A stretch of DNA of 64,000 nt from Abditibacteriaceae bacterium. Lineage in GTDB: Bacteria; Armatimonadota; Abditibacteriia; Abditibacteriales; Abditibacteriaceae. The notes below the pieces were generated by a model that was not told the DNA's origin, made no database searches, and saw only the letters and a program-made list of their open reading frames with translations. Of this stretch, positions 30,910-41,566 are shown piece after piece. Within the stretch, counting starts at the first letter, position 1, and each line of letters begins with the position of its first letter. The translations under genes and the position numbers were made by a program. The DNA is taken from NCBI GenBank assembly GCA_965277285.1, contig OZ255721.1, positions 608,001 through 672,000 on the forward strand, given 5' to 3'.

Positions 30910-31986
30910 ATGAATTATTCTCTCCGTTTACAAAAGTTGCGCGCGTCGTTGTCGTCCCTCGAATGCGATGCGCTGGTCGTCACCAATTTGACGAATGTTC
31001 GCTATCTTTGCGGATTTTTCGGCTCGTCCGGCTTGGCGATTGTGGCGAGCGACAAAACCTTTTTTGTCACCGATTTTCGTTATCAATCGCAGGCGGCGCA
31101 GCAAGTGCCCAGCGAATGCGAAATCGTTATCGCGCGCGAAGGCTTGTGGAAAGAAGCCGCGCGTTTGCTGGAAAAAACGCCGCGCATCGGTTTTGAGGCG
31201 GAGCATATTTCGGTCGCCACGCGCGAAGAAATTGGCGAACTGTTGCCGAACGCGCAACTAATTTCGACCAAACGCGCGGTAGAAGAATTGCGCTTGTTCA
31301 AAGACGCCGACGAAATTGCGATCATCGAGCGCGCCGTGAAAGTCATCGACGATTGTTTTGAACACATTTGCAGATTTATCCAGCCGGGGCAAAGCGAACG
31401 CGAAATCGCGCTTGAACTGGAACGCTTGATGCGCGAACTCGGCGCCAGCGGCCCCAGTTTCGATACCATTGTCGCCAGCGGCGTGCGTGGCGCTTTGCCG
31501 CACGGCATCGCGTCCGACAAAATCGTCGAGCGCGGCGACATGATCACTATCGACATGGGCGCGATTGTTGACGGCTATTGTTCCGACGCCACGCGCACGT
31601 TTTGCTTGGGCGAACCGACAGCCGAACAGCAACGCATTTACGGCCTTGTGTGGGACGCGCAAATCGTTGCTTCCAACGCGTTGCGCGCGGGCTTGAGTTG
31701 CTTCGATGCTGACGAAATCGCGCGAAAAATTATCCGCGATGCAGGTTTGGTCGAAGCGTTCGGGCACGGTTTGGGACACGGCGTCGGCATGGAAATCCAC
31801 GAGGCGCCGCGCCTGTCGTTTCTGGGTAAAGGCGACTTGCAAGCCGGCATGATCGTGACTTGCGAGCCAGGCATTTATCTGGACGGATTCGGCGGCGTAC
31901 GCATCGAAGATATGCTGCTCATCACCGAAGACGGCCATCGAGTACTCACAAAGGCGACCAAACCGCGCGAAATTATCGCGTTGTAA
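30910..31986 (+). CDS. Xaa-Pro aminopeptidase (M24 family)
   Basis: TDFRY, ALPHG, D.G....GYCSD.TRT, HGLGHGVG.EIHE, EPGIY, GVRIED; aroQ-peptidase synteny. Confidence 0.93.
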   Translation: MNYSLRLQKLRASLSSLECDALVVTNLTNVRYLCGFFGSSGLAIVASDKTFFVTDFRYQSQAAQQVPSECEIVIAREGLWKEAARLLEKTPRIGFEAEHISVATREEIGELLPNAQLISTKRAVEELRLFKDADEIAIIERAVKVIDDCFEHICRFIQPGQSEREIALELERLMRELGASGPSFDTIVASGVRGALPHGIASDKIVERGDMITIDMGAIVDGYCSDATRTFCLGEPTAEQQRIYGLVWDAQIVASNALRAGLSCFDADEIARKIIRDAGLVEAFGHGLGHGVGMEIHEAPRLSFLGKGDLQAGMIVTCEPGIYLDGFGGVRIEDMLLITEDGHRVLTKATKPREIIAL

Positions 31987-31998
31987 TATCGAGGTTTT

Positions 31999-32523
31999 AT
32001 GACAAGCGAACAGCCGGAAATTACTTTTATCGAGCATTTCATCGCGGATGCGGACGCGCTTTTCCAGACTGTTGTGGCGCAGACGACGTGGGATGATCGA
32101 ATGCAAAGGCGTCTGACCGCAAGTTTTGGCGCGCCTTACAATTACTCGAATATGACGTATTCCGCCGTGCCGATGCCGGAACATTTGTCGAACGTGTGTG
32201 ATTTGATTCAGCAAAAAGTCGGATTTCGTCCGGATAATTGCCTTATCAATCGTTATCTTGATGGCAGTTCGACAATGGGTTTTCACGCTGATTCTCTCGA
32301 AGAATTAGTGCCTCAAACCGGTGTTGCGATAATTTCTCTGGGCGACACGCGCACGTTTTAGTTCCGGCGCACGCAGAACCACGAAATCCGCTGGGGTTGT
32401 TTGTTGCCGAACGGTTCGTTGCTGTATATGCCGCCGCAAGTCCAACTTGATTGGCAGCAAGGCGTTCTCAAGCAAGCCGATGTCGGCCAGCGCCTCAGCC
32501 TGACATTTCGCGCGTTGCAGTGA
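31999..32523 (+). pseudogene. AlkB-like 2OG-Fe(II) dioxygenase with an internal TAG
   Basis: N.CL.N.Y, MGFHAD, ISLG; TAG at 32359-32361, then the same frame continues GSLLYM...R.SLTFR to TGA at 32523. Confidence 0.85.
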
Positions 32524-32541
32524 AAAAAGAATAACTTTTAA

Positions 32542-32763
32542 ATGTTTCCTTACTTTCTTAACTTCTGCTTGGTGTTAGGATTCTTTCCATTTTGCTTTTG
32601 CCTTCAATATCTGTTTCTCGGCTATTTTATCCACCAGGCTGATGCCGAAAACATTGTTTATCCAGCGAGATGCAAAGGGAAATTGAACTTTTATGTTGCC
32701 TTGAGATACCGTGATGAGGGCAAGAAATATGATGGTGTCGATATTTACGTTCCTTCAGACTAA
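32542..32763 (+). CDS. Small AT-rich hypothetical protein or gene remnant
   Basis: Hydrophobic N-terminus; composition differs from the flanks. Confidence 0.35.
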   Translation: MFPYFLNFCLVLGFFPFCFCLQYLFLGYFIHQADAENIVYPARCKGKLNFYVALRYRDEGKKYDGVDIYVPSD

Positions 32764-32880
32764 CAAATGGCAAAAAGAAACGCCTGATTGGGCGCGAGAA
32801 CATAAAGCGATCATTGTGCATCGCATTAAGAAGAGTTTTCCAGCAGTAGATAGTCCACAAATCGTTGAATACGACAAATG

Positions 32881-32912
32881 AAAGCGCGTTTACATTTTTG
32901 TAAACGCGCTTT
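32881..32912. terminator. Bidirectional terminator
   Basis: AAAGCGCGTTTACA-TTTT-TGTAAACGCGCTTT between convergent ORFs. Confidence 0.75.
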
Positions 32913-32918
32913 TTAGTT

Positions 32919-33113
32919 TTACTGCGGCCACGGAATCGGATAAAGGCGCAAACCGACGGCCCACAACGCGAAGCAAACCGCTGCGGCTAAAAGCCACAAT
33001 CCGAAACCGCGTTGTCGTTGTCCCTGACGATCCAGCCCGCGCCAGACAGCGCCGAAAAGCGACACTAAAAAACCGACAAAGCCGACTTCAACAAGAAAGA
33101 GCGCCATAAGCAA
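32919..33113 (-). CDS. Small two-TM membrane protein
   Basis: Two hydrophobic segments separated by a basic loop. Confidence 0.55.
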   Translation of the reverse strand: MLMALFLVEVGFVGFLVSLFGAVWRGLDRQGQRQRGFGLWLLAAAVCFALWAVGLRLYPIPWPQ

Positions 33114-33134
33114 TCGAGTACTCGAAACAGAAAA

Positions 33135-33608
33135 CTAAACGCGTGGAATTGGATCAAACGGCTGCGACGAAGTGGGCGGTTTTGGTTTCGATTGTGCGAG
33201 AAAACCGCCCCAAATTGTCAGGATGACCAAAATGAGCGAAAGGAATCCCTGAAAAGCCAACTGAGCGCCTATTTGAAGCATTGAAAGATGCAGCAATGCG
33301 AATGATCGTGTGACCAAGGCTGTTGCAAAACTAATGGCGCCTAAAATGGCGGCGTGTCGTGTTTCATCCCGTTCGGCGATGCGTCCCGCGAGGTAGCCGC
33401 TCCAGACTGCGAAAATCGCGTTCACCACAAAACTGATGCCCATTATAATCAGCGCAACCTGTGCAGGCGACCTTGCGGGCGTTCGGTTAGCGGCCACCAG
33501 AGGAAAGGAAACGGCCACGACAATCGCGTTGACGATACCGCCACCAAAAGTGCGCAGCGCCCATCCCAGACCAATGGCCGTCCAGTTCAAGGGTTTTGAG
33601 TTTGGCAT
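33135..33608 (-). CDS. Four-TM hypothetical membrane protein
   Basis: GY.AGR.A...E..HA..LG pattern; hydrophobic helices. Confidence 0.7.
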   Translation of the reverse strand: MPNSKPLNWTAIGLGWALRTFGGGIVNAIVVAVSFPLVAANRTPARSPAQVALIIMGISFVVNAIFAVWSGYLAGRIAERDETRHAAILGAISFATALVTRSFALLHLSMLQIGAQLAFQGFLSLILVILTIWGGFLAQSKPKPPTSSQPFDPIPRV

Positions 33609-33693
33609 TGTTCTTCTCGGGTTCTGGAACGTTTCGATAAAACGACAAAAGCGAGTACTCGAATGCAGTACTCGCTTGGTTTCGACAGAGCTT

Positions 33694-34500
33694 CTATGAC
33701 CTGTCGCCGAAACGCTGGCGCATTTGCGAGGTTTCGCGGCGGCGTTTTTCGGAAGCGTGGTTGCGAATCGTGTCCCAGATCACATAGCCCCAAATCTCGT
33801 TATACATTCCCATGCGACGCCACAGACCGCGCGCCAGACCGATTTTTTCTTCCTTCATCGGATGCGTCACGTCGTCCATCGCGGTTTGCGAAACGCGCAG
33901 GCCCCACGCATAAACATAGCGCGTGATCGCCGCCTCAACGCCGTAGCGCGAACTCGTCAGATCGGGAACCGCCAAAAACACGTCGCGGCGAATCGCGCGC
34001 TGTCCGGTAATTGCCGCGAAGTTGCGATGACACCAACTCAGCCACCAACCCAGCAAGCCACCGCGCGCCGCACCAAACAATCCCAAAACCATGTGCATCC
34101 GCTCATCAGGATTAGCGCGCACCGTTGGCTCCAGCAGATCATCCACTTGCGACGTGCGCAATCCGATTAAGTCGGCATCGAGAAACAACAGCACATCGGC
34201 TTCGGTGCGCAACACGCCATAAGTCATCGCACCGCCTTTGCCTCGGTTTTCAGCCAGCTCGAAAACACGCATCTGCGCACGACACACCGTTTTGTCGTCG
34301 CGCAAAACTTCGCCGCGCTCCAGGCGCGCCATGAAACCGCGCGCTTCATCAGCAGTTGAATCGCTGCAACCATCGGTCACAACGACGATTTCATCGATCA
34401 ATTGCGCTTGAGCAATCGCTTTCAAAACGTTGGTGATGCGACCGGCTTCGTTGAACGCGGGAATAATGGCGGCGGTGGTCGGGCGAGTTTCGGGGTTCAA
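33694..34500 (-). CDS. GT2 family glycosyltransferase
   Basis: IIPAFNE, DG.SD, N.GKG.A, FLDADL, GQRA; probable TTG start after GAGGAG. Confidence 0.88.
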   Translation of the reverse strand: MNPETRPTTAAIIPAFNEAGRITNVLKAIAQAQLIDEIVVVTDGCSDSTADEARGFMARLERGEVLRDDKTVCRAQMRVFELAENRGKGGAMTYGVLRTEADVLLFLDADLIGLRTSQVDDLLEPTVRANPDERMHMVLGLFGAARGGLLGWWLSWCHRNFAAITGQRAIRRDVFLAVPDLTSSRYGVEAAITRYVYAWGLRVSQTAMDDVTHPMKEEKIGLARGLWRRMGMYNEIWGYVIWDTIRNHASEKRRRETSQMRQRFGDRS

Positions 34501-34610
34501 TGTGGTCTCCTCAAGACGCGAAAACGCGGCGGCTTCACATTGGGAAACCGTCGCGTTCGAGTACTCGATTTGTGATAGATCAGGCGATGTTGCGGCAGAA
34601 GAATCGGGAT

Positions 34611-34937
34611 TCAACCCAGGACCTCGCTGACTTTGGAAGTCAGTTGCGCTTCGTTCATGTAGCCGACCGCCTGATTTACGACCTGTCCGTCTTTGAAGAA
34701 AATCAGGTTGGGAATGCTCATCACGCCGTATTTCATGGCGATGTCCTGATTTTCGTCGACGTTGCATTTCACGACTTTGATTTGTCCACCGAACTTTCCG
34801 GCCACCGAATCGAGAACCGGCGACAGCATTTTGCAAGGCTGGCACCACTCGGCCCAAAAATCGACAACGACCGTCTGGTCGGATTGCACCACTTCAGATT
34901 CAAAATTTCCGGTTCCAACAGCAGCTACTTCAGACAT
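34611..34937 (-). CDS. trxA: Thioredoxin
   Basis: DFWAEWCQPCK, SIP; GAGGAGG RBS. Confidence 0.93.
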   Translation of the reverse strand: MSEVAAVGTGNFESEVVQSDQTVVVDFWAEWCQPCKMLSPVLDSVAGKFGGQIKVVKCNVDENQDIAMKYGVMSIPNLIFFKDGQVVNQAVGYMNEAQLTSKVSEVLG

Positions 34938-35014
34938 AAAAGCCTCCTCAGCTTGGGCACTTCATTTTACAACTTTTAGCGTTCCCATGTTGTCTTGTGT
35001 CGTTTAACTGACGT

Positions 35015-35359
35015 TCAATCGTCCTTCAAGAACTCGTCAAACATTTGCGACAATTGCGCTTCGTTCGCGTATCCAACAAATTGATGGACGACTTCGCCAT
35101 CCTTGAAAAACATCACATTCGGGATTTTGCCGACGCCGTAACTTTCGGCGATTTCAGCGTCGCGGTCAGAATCGCACTTGACGACTTTGACGCGACCGGC
35201 ATATTTCGCTGCGACCTTTTCCAAGACGGGCGCCAGCATTTTGCAGGGCGCGCACCAGGGCGCATAAAAATCGACGACAACCGGCAAATCGCTGGCGACA
35301 ACTTCGGTTTGAAAATCGTCGTTGCCGACTTCGGCGAGATGAGCCGCAGTTTCTGACAT
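35015..35359 (-). CDS. Thioredoxin paralogue
   Basis: DFYAPWCAPCK; AAGGAG RBS. Confidence 0.9.
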   Translation of the reverse strand: MSETAAHLAEVGNDDFQTEVVASDLPVVVDFYAPWCAPCKMLAPVLEKVAAKYAGRVKVVKCDSDRDAEIAESYGVGKIPNVMFFKDGEVVHQFVGYANEAQLSQMFDEFLKDD

Positions 35360-35382
35360 AACTTCTCCTTGCTGCACTTCCA

Positions 35383-36540
35383 TTAAGACCGACGCGCAAC
35401 GCCATTTGATGGACGCGCCTTCGTATCGCTCTTTCCCGACGCTTCTTGCGCGGCGGAAATCAAGCGGCCAAACAAGACATCCAGCGCCAGGTTGGTACTC
35501 GCGTTGCGTAAAATATAGTGACGCGTTTTGCGAATTTGGTCAAGGCCATCCGCCCAATGCGCCGCGCTTCGAGTACTCGATTGACCGCTTTGTTGGCGTT
35601 GCCAACGCCGCCAATACGCATACGAAAGCTCATCCAAAAGTGACGCGGCGTGCGAACGCGTCAGCTTTTTGCCGATTTGTTTCGCCTCGTATTTTTCCCA
35701 TTGCTGCGCGACTTTCTCGTCTTCCTGTCCCCATTTGTCGGCTGTCGAAAGCGCCAGTTCCGTCAGCGCAAACGCACCAACCGCCTGACTGCTCAAAATG
35801 CGCTCAACGATTTCTTCGATTTGTGACGTGCGCGTTTGGTCATTCATTTCCGATGATTGCATTCGTTGCATTTCGCGCCACGCCGCACCAGGAAGCCCGC
35901 GCGCGACGCGAACCGCTTCTTCGATTTGCGCGCTGTCATCGAACGATTCAAGCAGCCACGAGCGAATGGTGTTGTCGGTCGCGGGCGTGAGCGGCAAATG
36001 CCAGCAGCGCGACAAAATCGTCGGCAAAAGCGCGCCGGTTCCTTCACTCAAAAGCACAATGTGAACGCCCTCAATCGGTTCCTCAAAGTTTTTCAAAAGC
36101 GATTGCTGCGCGGGAATCGTCATGCGGTCGGCCTGCGCGATGACCATGACTTTGCGCGCGCCGACAGTCGGGCGATACATCGCTTCGTCGCCAAAAGCGC
36201 GCGCCTGGTCAATAAGAAAACTGCTGCTGTCCAGACTTTCCGGCGCGGTCACCATGTTTTCCTTCGCGGCGCTCACAACAGGCCGATAAATCTTGAAATC
36301 GGGAAAAACTTCGATTTCGATTTGGTGGCAGGTTCGGCACATCAGGCACGGCATTCGAGTACTCGAATCCACGTTGGGACACATCAAAAGCTGTGCGTAA
36401 CGCTTGACCAGCGTCGTTTTGCCGACGTGACGCGCGCCGCTGATCAGCAACGTTTGCGGCACAACGCCTTTGGCAAACGCGTTCACCAGCGCTTGCCAAC
36501 GCTTTTGGTGACCAACTAATTCGAGGGATTTTGCGGCCAT
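35383..36540 (-). CDS. holB: DNA polymerase III delta' subunit
   Basis: G..HVGKTT, C..C..C Zn site, LLK..EEP, LLPTILSRC; follows tmk. Confidence 0.88.
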   Translation of the reverse strand: MAAKSLELVGHQKRWQALVNAFAKGVVPQTLLISGARHVGKTTLVKRYAQLLMCPNVDSSTRMPCLMCRTCHQIEIEVFPDFKIYRPVVSAAKENMVTAPESLDSSSFLIDQARAFGDEAMYRPTVGARKVMVIAQADRMTIPAQQSLLKNFEEPIEGVHIVLLSEGTGALLPTILSRCWHLPLTPATDNTIRSWLLESFDDSAQIEEAVRVARGLPGAAWREMQRMQSSEMNDQTRTSQIEEIVERILSSQAVGAFALTELALSTADKWGQEDEKVAQQWEKYEAKQIGKKLTRSHAASLLDELSYAYWRRWQRQQSGQSSTRSAAHWADGLDQIRKTRHYILRNASTNLALDVLFGRLISAAQEASGKSDTKARPSNGVARRS

Positions 36541-37163
36541 AAATTTCTATCTTTGAGTACTCGAACCACACGATTATGAACAATTTTGGCGGGCGCATTC
36601 GCCTCGAAAACCATAACGCGATTTGGCTCATCACGCGCGATTTGCAAATAAGTCTGCCGCACTTTTTCCTGAAACTCCAGGCCGCGCGCTTCGATTCTGT
36701 CAGTTCCGCGCTGTGTGCGTCGTCGTTCCTGCGCCGTTTCGACATCGACATCGAACAACAATGTCAAATCGGGAAGCAGTTTATCGGTTGCGAAGGCGTT
36801 CAACTGTTTGATGAAAGTCGTGTCCAAACCCAAACCGCCGCCTTGATACGCGGTTGTCGAATCGGTGAAGCGGTCGCATAAAACCCAATCGCCGCGACTT
36901 AGAGCCGGACGAATAATTTCTTCGACGTGCTGCGCGCGACTGGCGCCAAACAGCAAAAGTTCGGCGTGCCCGTGAATCGGCGTGGAAGAATGCAGTAGAT
37001 AACCGCGAATCGTTTCGGCCAGATGGGTTCCGCCTGGCTCGCGCGTTTGCACGATTCGCGTACTCGATTGCGTTTTGGTGAACTCGCTTTCCAGATGAGC
37101 GCGCAACAATTCCAATTGCGTGGTTTTGCCGCAGCCGTCAATGCCTTCAAAAGAAATGAACAT
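36516..37163 (-). CDS. tmk: Thymidylate kinase
   Basis: FISFEGIDG.GKTTQ, TREPGGT, CDRFTDS..AYQG. Confidence 0.96.
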   Translation of the reverse strand: MFISFEGIDGCGKTTQLELLRAHLESEFTKTQSSTRIVQTREPGGTHLAETIRGYLLHSSTPIHGHAELLLFGASRAQHVEEIIRPALSRGDWVLCDRFTDSTTAYQGGGLGLDTTFIKQLNAFATDKLLPDLTLLFDVDVETAQERRRTQRGTDRIEARGLEFQEKVRQTYLQIARDEPNRVMVFEANAPAKIVHNRVVRVLKDRNLWPQNPSN

Positions 37164-37166
37164 GAA

Positions 37167-37741
37167 TCAGTTTTCGGGCAGCGCGCCATACATAATATCC
37201 GAGCGCAAAACGTATTTTCTGCCGCTTTCGACCGTTGCGCCTTCGTGTTGCAGCGTGTGCAAAAACAACAAAGCCATGCCAGTTTGCGGAACGATGTCGA
37301 TTTCGCCGTGCGGCTCGCGCAAGAAAAAACGCGTCGCACCGCCTTCAAAAGCTTCGTTCAAGTAAACCATGAATGTGACTTGGCTCTTTTCGCCGTTGTC
37401 GCGCTTGACGCTCCGTCCTGATGCGGCTTGAAAGTTTGTCCCGCATCGTAACGATAAAAACGCAGTCGCTCGTTCAGCCCAACGGCGTCGCGCTTCCACA
37501 ACGGCGAAGGCGCAAAAGGCGCCAAGCGCTGCCACAATTCTTCCGCCAGCTTTTCGTCGTCCAAAATCAGGCGCTCGTTGTTGCGAATATCCTTGCGCAT
37601 TTCCTGCCCGAAGCGCGTGCCCACCGCCGCTTCTTCGTAACCCGCGTTTTCGCTCATCACGATGTAGCGCGCGCATTCTTCCGCCGAAAAGAAGCTCGCA
37701 ACCGTGAACACTTGATTCGGCACGACAATTTGCAAATTCAT
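37167..37741 (-). pseudogene. Prolyl-hydroxylase-like 2OG-Fe(II) oxygenase with a 1-nt frameshift
   Basis: GLNERLRFYRY..GQ.F.PHQDG in one frame; TFMVYLN..EGG.T.F, HEG, KYVLRSD in another; shift at ~37413. Confidence 0.85.
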
Positions 37742-37869
37742 AGTTGCTCTTTTATAAAATAACCGCCAAGACACCAAGAACGCCAAGAGAAAAGGGGCGG
37801 GCAAGTACAGACAAATCAAGCTGTCATTTTAAAGTGTGGAGAGAAAGCAGGAAAAATGGTCAAATTAAG

Positions 37870-37941
37870 AGTTTGTCATTCTGAGCGCAGCGAAGAATCT
37901 AATTACAGTTAGATTCTTCGCTGCGCTCAAAATGACAAACT
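37870..37941. repeat. REP-like inverted repeat, family B
   Basis: AGTTTGTCATTCTGAGCGCAGCGAAGAATCT ... AGATTCTTCGCTGCGCTCAAAATGACAAACT. Confidence 0.9.
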
Positions 37942-38048
37942 GCAAGTTTCATGGTGTTTTGTCCGATTTCTCTACACTTTCTCAACGACAAACTTTGGCT
38001 ATCGAGTACTCGATTCCTGCTTTCTGCCGCTGCCGACTGCTTCCTGAA

Positions 38049-40061
38049 TCAGCGTCCGTGCAATTCGGGCAGGAATTTGACGCGGCGGTTCGGTTCGCGT
38101 CCGACGGAATAGGAGCGCAGATGAAAGCGTTCGGCCAGTTGATGTTGAGCGCGTCGCAGTTGCTTGGGCTGCGGACGAAGTTCCGCAGGTTCGGCGTCTT
38201 TGAGAACGCGTTGCGCGGCATCGTGCGCTTCTCGCAAAGCTAAATCGCGCGATGAAACAGTGCCTTCGCCGATTTGTGACGTAAACAAACGATCCAGGCG
38301 CGCTAAGATTTCGGCGTAGGTATTGCCGCTGATGCCAAGCATTGGCAAGCCCAATTCGCGCGCTTCCTTGAGCAGCGAACTTTCCAGCGAAATGCCGTCT
38401 GGCCCGACCAGAACCGCGACCGCATCGGCGTCTTTCCACGTTTTGGCAACACCGACCGGCAAGCCCAAATGTTTGATGGCGCGCCCCAAACGCGAGCGAC
38501 TGACGCCATAAGGATAAAGGCGCCGCACGCGCGAAACATCGACTTGGGCGTTGCCGCGTAACGTCGGCGTTCCGGCTTCGCTTTCGTCTTCTTCGTCGTT
38601 CTGCTCATCGTCGCGGCTCGCTTCGTCCTCGTCTTCTTCGCCATCGAAATTGGCCGCATCAAAGGCGTTTTCCGACTTTTCTGTAGATGTCGGGAACGTA
38701 TTCGAGTACTCGATTGGCTCGCCATCTGACGCGGGCGCGGCGTCGCCAATCGCCATCATCGCGGCATCGTCGGCGCGCAGCGAACCCAGCGTATAACGTC
38801 GCACGCCGGGTGGAATCGGCAAATCGGTTTCGTCGCCAAAAGTCGTATCGCGTCCGTTGCGCGCTTTGCTCGTGCGTCCGGCGCGCTTGTCAAAAGCGTT
38901 CGGTGAAGTGCGATTATCACCGCGACCGCCATCGTTTCTGCCGCCGCTGCGCGTATTACGCGTGTTGCCGCGCCCGTTTTTGCCGTTGCGCGCGTCGTTA
39001 CGATTGTCCCATTCGTGTTCGCGCGTGCCGTTCTGCTTGGGCGCGGTTTGCGGCGCCGCTTGCTCGACCACAATGTCGCCGTTCTCGTCGCGGAAACGCA
39101 CTTCGGGCGGAACATCGTAACCGCGCAAAAGTTGATCGACCACATCAGCCACCGGACGACGCACCGTAATGCGGTCGCGCTCGACCATTTCGACCACGAC
39201 ATCGAAAGTCGGCGGCGCTTTGCGTTCGAGTACTGTTTTCTGCGTGCCTCGGCGACGCGCTTCCTCGTCGCTCAACGTGACGGCTTGAATGCCGCCGATC
39301 AAATCGCTCATCGAAGGATTGGCCAGCAAATTATCCAATGTGTTGCCGTGAACCGTTGCGACCAGTTGCACGCCGCGTTCGGCAATCGTGCGCGCGGCTT
39401 GGGCTTCTTCCACGCGCCCGATTTCGTCGATAACCACGACTTCGGGCATATGGTTTTCGACCGCTTCGATCATCACGTCGTGTTGCTGCTCGACTTTGGC
39501 GACTTGCATTCGTCGCGCGCGACCAATCGCTGGATGCGGCACGTCGCCATCGCCCGCGATTTCGTTGGAGGTGTCAACGATAACGACGCGCTTGCCAAAT
39601 TCGTCGGCCAAAACGCGCGCCATTTCGCGCAGCATCGTCGTTTTCCCCAGGCCCGGGCGACCCATCAAGAGAACGCTTTCGCCGCTTTCGATAAGGTCTT
39701 GCAAAATATCGACGATGCCCATCACGGCGCGCCCGACGCGCATCGTCAATCCAACGACTTCGCTGCGGCGGTTGCGCATGGCGGAAATGCGGTGCAAAGT
39801 CGCTGGAATACCGGCACGATTGTCGCCGCCAAAGGCGCCCAGGCGTTCCTCGACCCAGCGCAGTTCGTCGCGTTGCACGACTTCATCGCGCAGATATTCA
39901 AAGCGATTGGCGTAGCGCGCTTCGGGGCGTCGTCCCAAATCGAGCACGATTTCCAAAAGTTGAGGACGGTCTTCATTGGCGATGGCGTTCGCCAGGCCAG
40001 AAGGCAAAACCGCCAGCAGTTCGTCTAAGTTGTCGGTGATGGTGCGCAGTTCAGTGTTCAT
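38049..40061 (-). CDS. Ycf45/SpoIIIAA-like AAA ATPase with C-terminal R3H domain
   Basis: DLGRRP.AR, G.PG.GKTT.LRE, DTSNEIAG, ENHMPE..IDEIG, RR.QH..AE (R3H). Confidence 0.9.
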   Translation of the reverse strand: MNTELRTITDNLDELLAVLPSGLANAIANEDRPQLLEIVLDLGRRPEARYANRFEYLRDEVVQRDELRWVEERLGAFGGDNRAGIPATLHRISAMRNRRSEVVGLTMRVGRAVMGIVDILQDLIESGESVLLMGRPGLGKTTMLREMARVLADEFGKRVVIVDTSNEIAGDGDVPHPAIGRARRMQVAKVEQQHDVMIEAVENHMPEVVVIDEIGRVEEAQAARTIAERGVQLVATVHGNTLDNLLANPSMSDLIGGIQAVTLSDEEARRRGTQKTVLERKAPPTFDVVVEMVERDRITVRRPVADVVDQLLRGYDVPPEVRFRDENGDIVVEQAAPQTAPKQNGTREHEWDNRNDARNGKNGRGNTRNTRSGGRNDGGRGDNRTSPNAFDKRAGRTSKARNGRDTTFGDETDLPIPPGVRRYTLGSLRADDAAMMAIGDAAPASDGEPIEYSNTFPTSTEKSENAFDAANFDGEEDEDEASRDDEQNDEEDESEAGTPTLRGNAQVDVSRVRRLYPYGVSRSRLGRAIKHLGLPVGVAKTWKDADAVAVLVGPDGISLESSLLKEARELGLPMLGISGNTYAEILARLDRLFTSQIGEGTVSSRDLALREAHDAAQRVLKDAEPAELRPQPKQLRRAQHQLAERFHLRSYSVGREPNRRVKFLPELHGR

Positions 40062-40103
40062 AAAGGTGATTTGCTGGACGTTCGAGTACTCGAAATGCTC
40101 CGT

Positions 40104-41565
40104 TTATTGAACAGGTTTCCATTCGCGGTTGGCGCTGTTGATGGCGCGACTTTTGATTTCAGCCATCAGGTTTTCGGCGTCTGAAGTCATCAGGAAATAA
40201 TGCAGGCGCTGCTTTTCGCCGTCGAGGTAACACAAGTATCCATCAGAACGATAACGCTTGATTTCGCTCCAGCGAAGCGAACGCGTTTTGAACAATCCGT
40301 GCAAAGTCAGGCTGTAATCGTCTGTTACGATATACGACTTGAGAAAGCCGCGCCATCCCAGCAGAGTTGGCGGGCCTATGAGAACCGCAAAAACGCAATA
40401 CATGATGATGTCGCCCGTTGTGTGCTCTCGATACAATGGGCACTGGAAGCACGAAAAATATCAATGTGAAAAACAGCAGCAAAGCGCGTCCACTGCGCGT
40501 GCGGAAATGATAAAGTCGGCTGCCTCGCGGAACAGCAAAATGCGACGGCGCTTTCAAGTTATCGAGGTTTTGTCCGGCTTTAGGTTTCCATTCGGAAGAG
40601 CGCGCGTTCGTCGCATATTTCTTGATGATTTCGCGCAAGATGAACGCGTCTTCAATCGTTGAAAGAAACGCCTGCTCGCCTTCTTCTGTGACAACCATAC
40701 AACGGTTTACGGTTTCCAACGTGCCATTGACAGGTTCGAGATAATAATCGAGTACTCGATTCCACGCAATCGGCGTTTGTTCGTTCGGCGTCTGAAAAAT
40801 CAGACCTTGTAGATCGGCGGAAATGGTTTGTTGAAGATAAGATTTTGTCGCTTTGGCGCGTGGAAGCCGCGTTGCTAAAAACAAAATGGAAAGACACGAC
40901 GCGAGCGCAAGCCAGACGAAGGCAAAACCGATTTTGCCCCAAAGCGACAGCACGTTCCACATCAACAAAAAGCCACTCCACATCGGCGCCCAGCCGCCAT
41001 AAGTCGCACCTTTCGAGAGTTGAAGTGCAAAAATCAAAACCGGAAAACCAACTGAAGTCAAGACCAACAAGAAGATACTGGTGTTTTTGTAGCGAAACAC
41101 GCGCGGCCACTCATCGAAAGTTCTTGTGCCAAATAATTCCCAGTTTTTAGCGCGCGAACTTTGTGCTTTCTCCTGAATAATCTTTTGCAGATCGTCGCCG
41201 TTGGAAAGGATGTGATTCAAAACGAAGACGCGGCCTTTGGCTTCGATGTGCGCCACGAGATATTTATCGCTCTTTTTCAGGTAATAATCGCTGATGTCGG
41301 CCCAACGAAGTCGTGTGGCTCCGCGCCAATGGGAATAAAGCAAACCGTTTTCATCGGTGACAACATAGGTTTTTTTCACCCACCAAAAAGCGAATAAACC
41401 AGGTAAACCAAAAAGGGCGGAAAAACTCAAAGCCAGCAACCAATCGTTAACAGTTCTTTTCGGCGCGAAAAAAACGACAGCCGTAAGAAACAGCGTCATA
41501 ACCGCGCAAATCCACACCAAAGCCCACGCGTCGCCTCGTAAGCGAAACACCATTTTTTTGTTCAT
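40104..41565 (-). pseudogene. Membrane protein with repeated PH-like modules, frameshifted near 40430
   Basis: Repeated module (TM pair, V.D..GL, .W..I..Y) in 40243..41565 recurs in 40104..40436 in another frame. Confidence 0.65.
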
Positions 41566-41566
41566 A

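Noticed and set aside
32359..32361. Pyrrolysine or amber readthrough in the AlkB-like gene
   Set aside because: No pyl genes here, TAG is used as a normal stop elsewhere, and a second inactivating change is present.
34501..34857. N-terminal extension of the GT2 ORF
   Set aside because: Overlaps thioredoxin in another frame; GAGGAG plus TTG at 34500 is the better start.
34611..35359. Tandem thioredoxins as a novel system
   Set aside because: An ordinary paralogue pair with standard WCxPC motifs.
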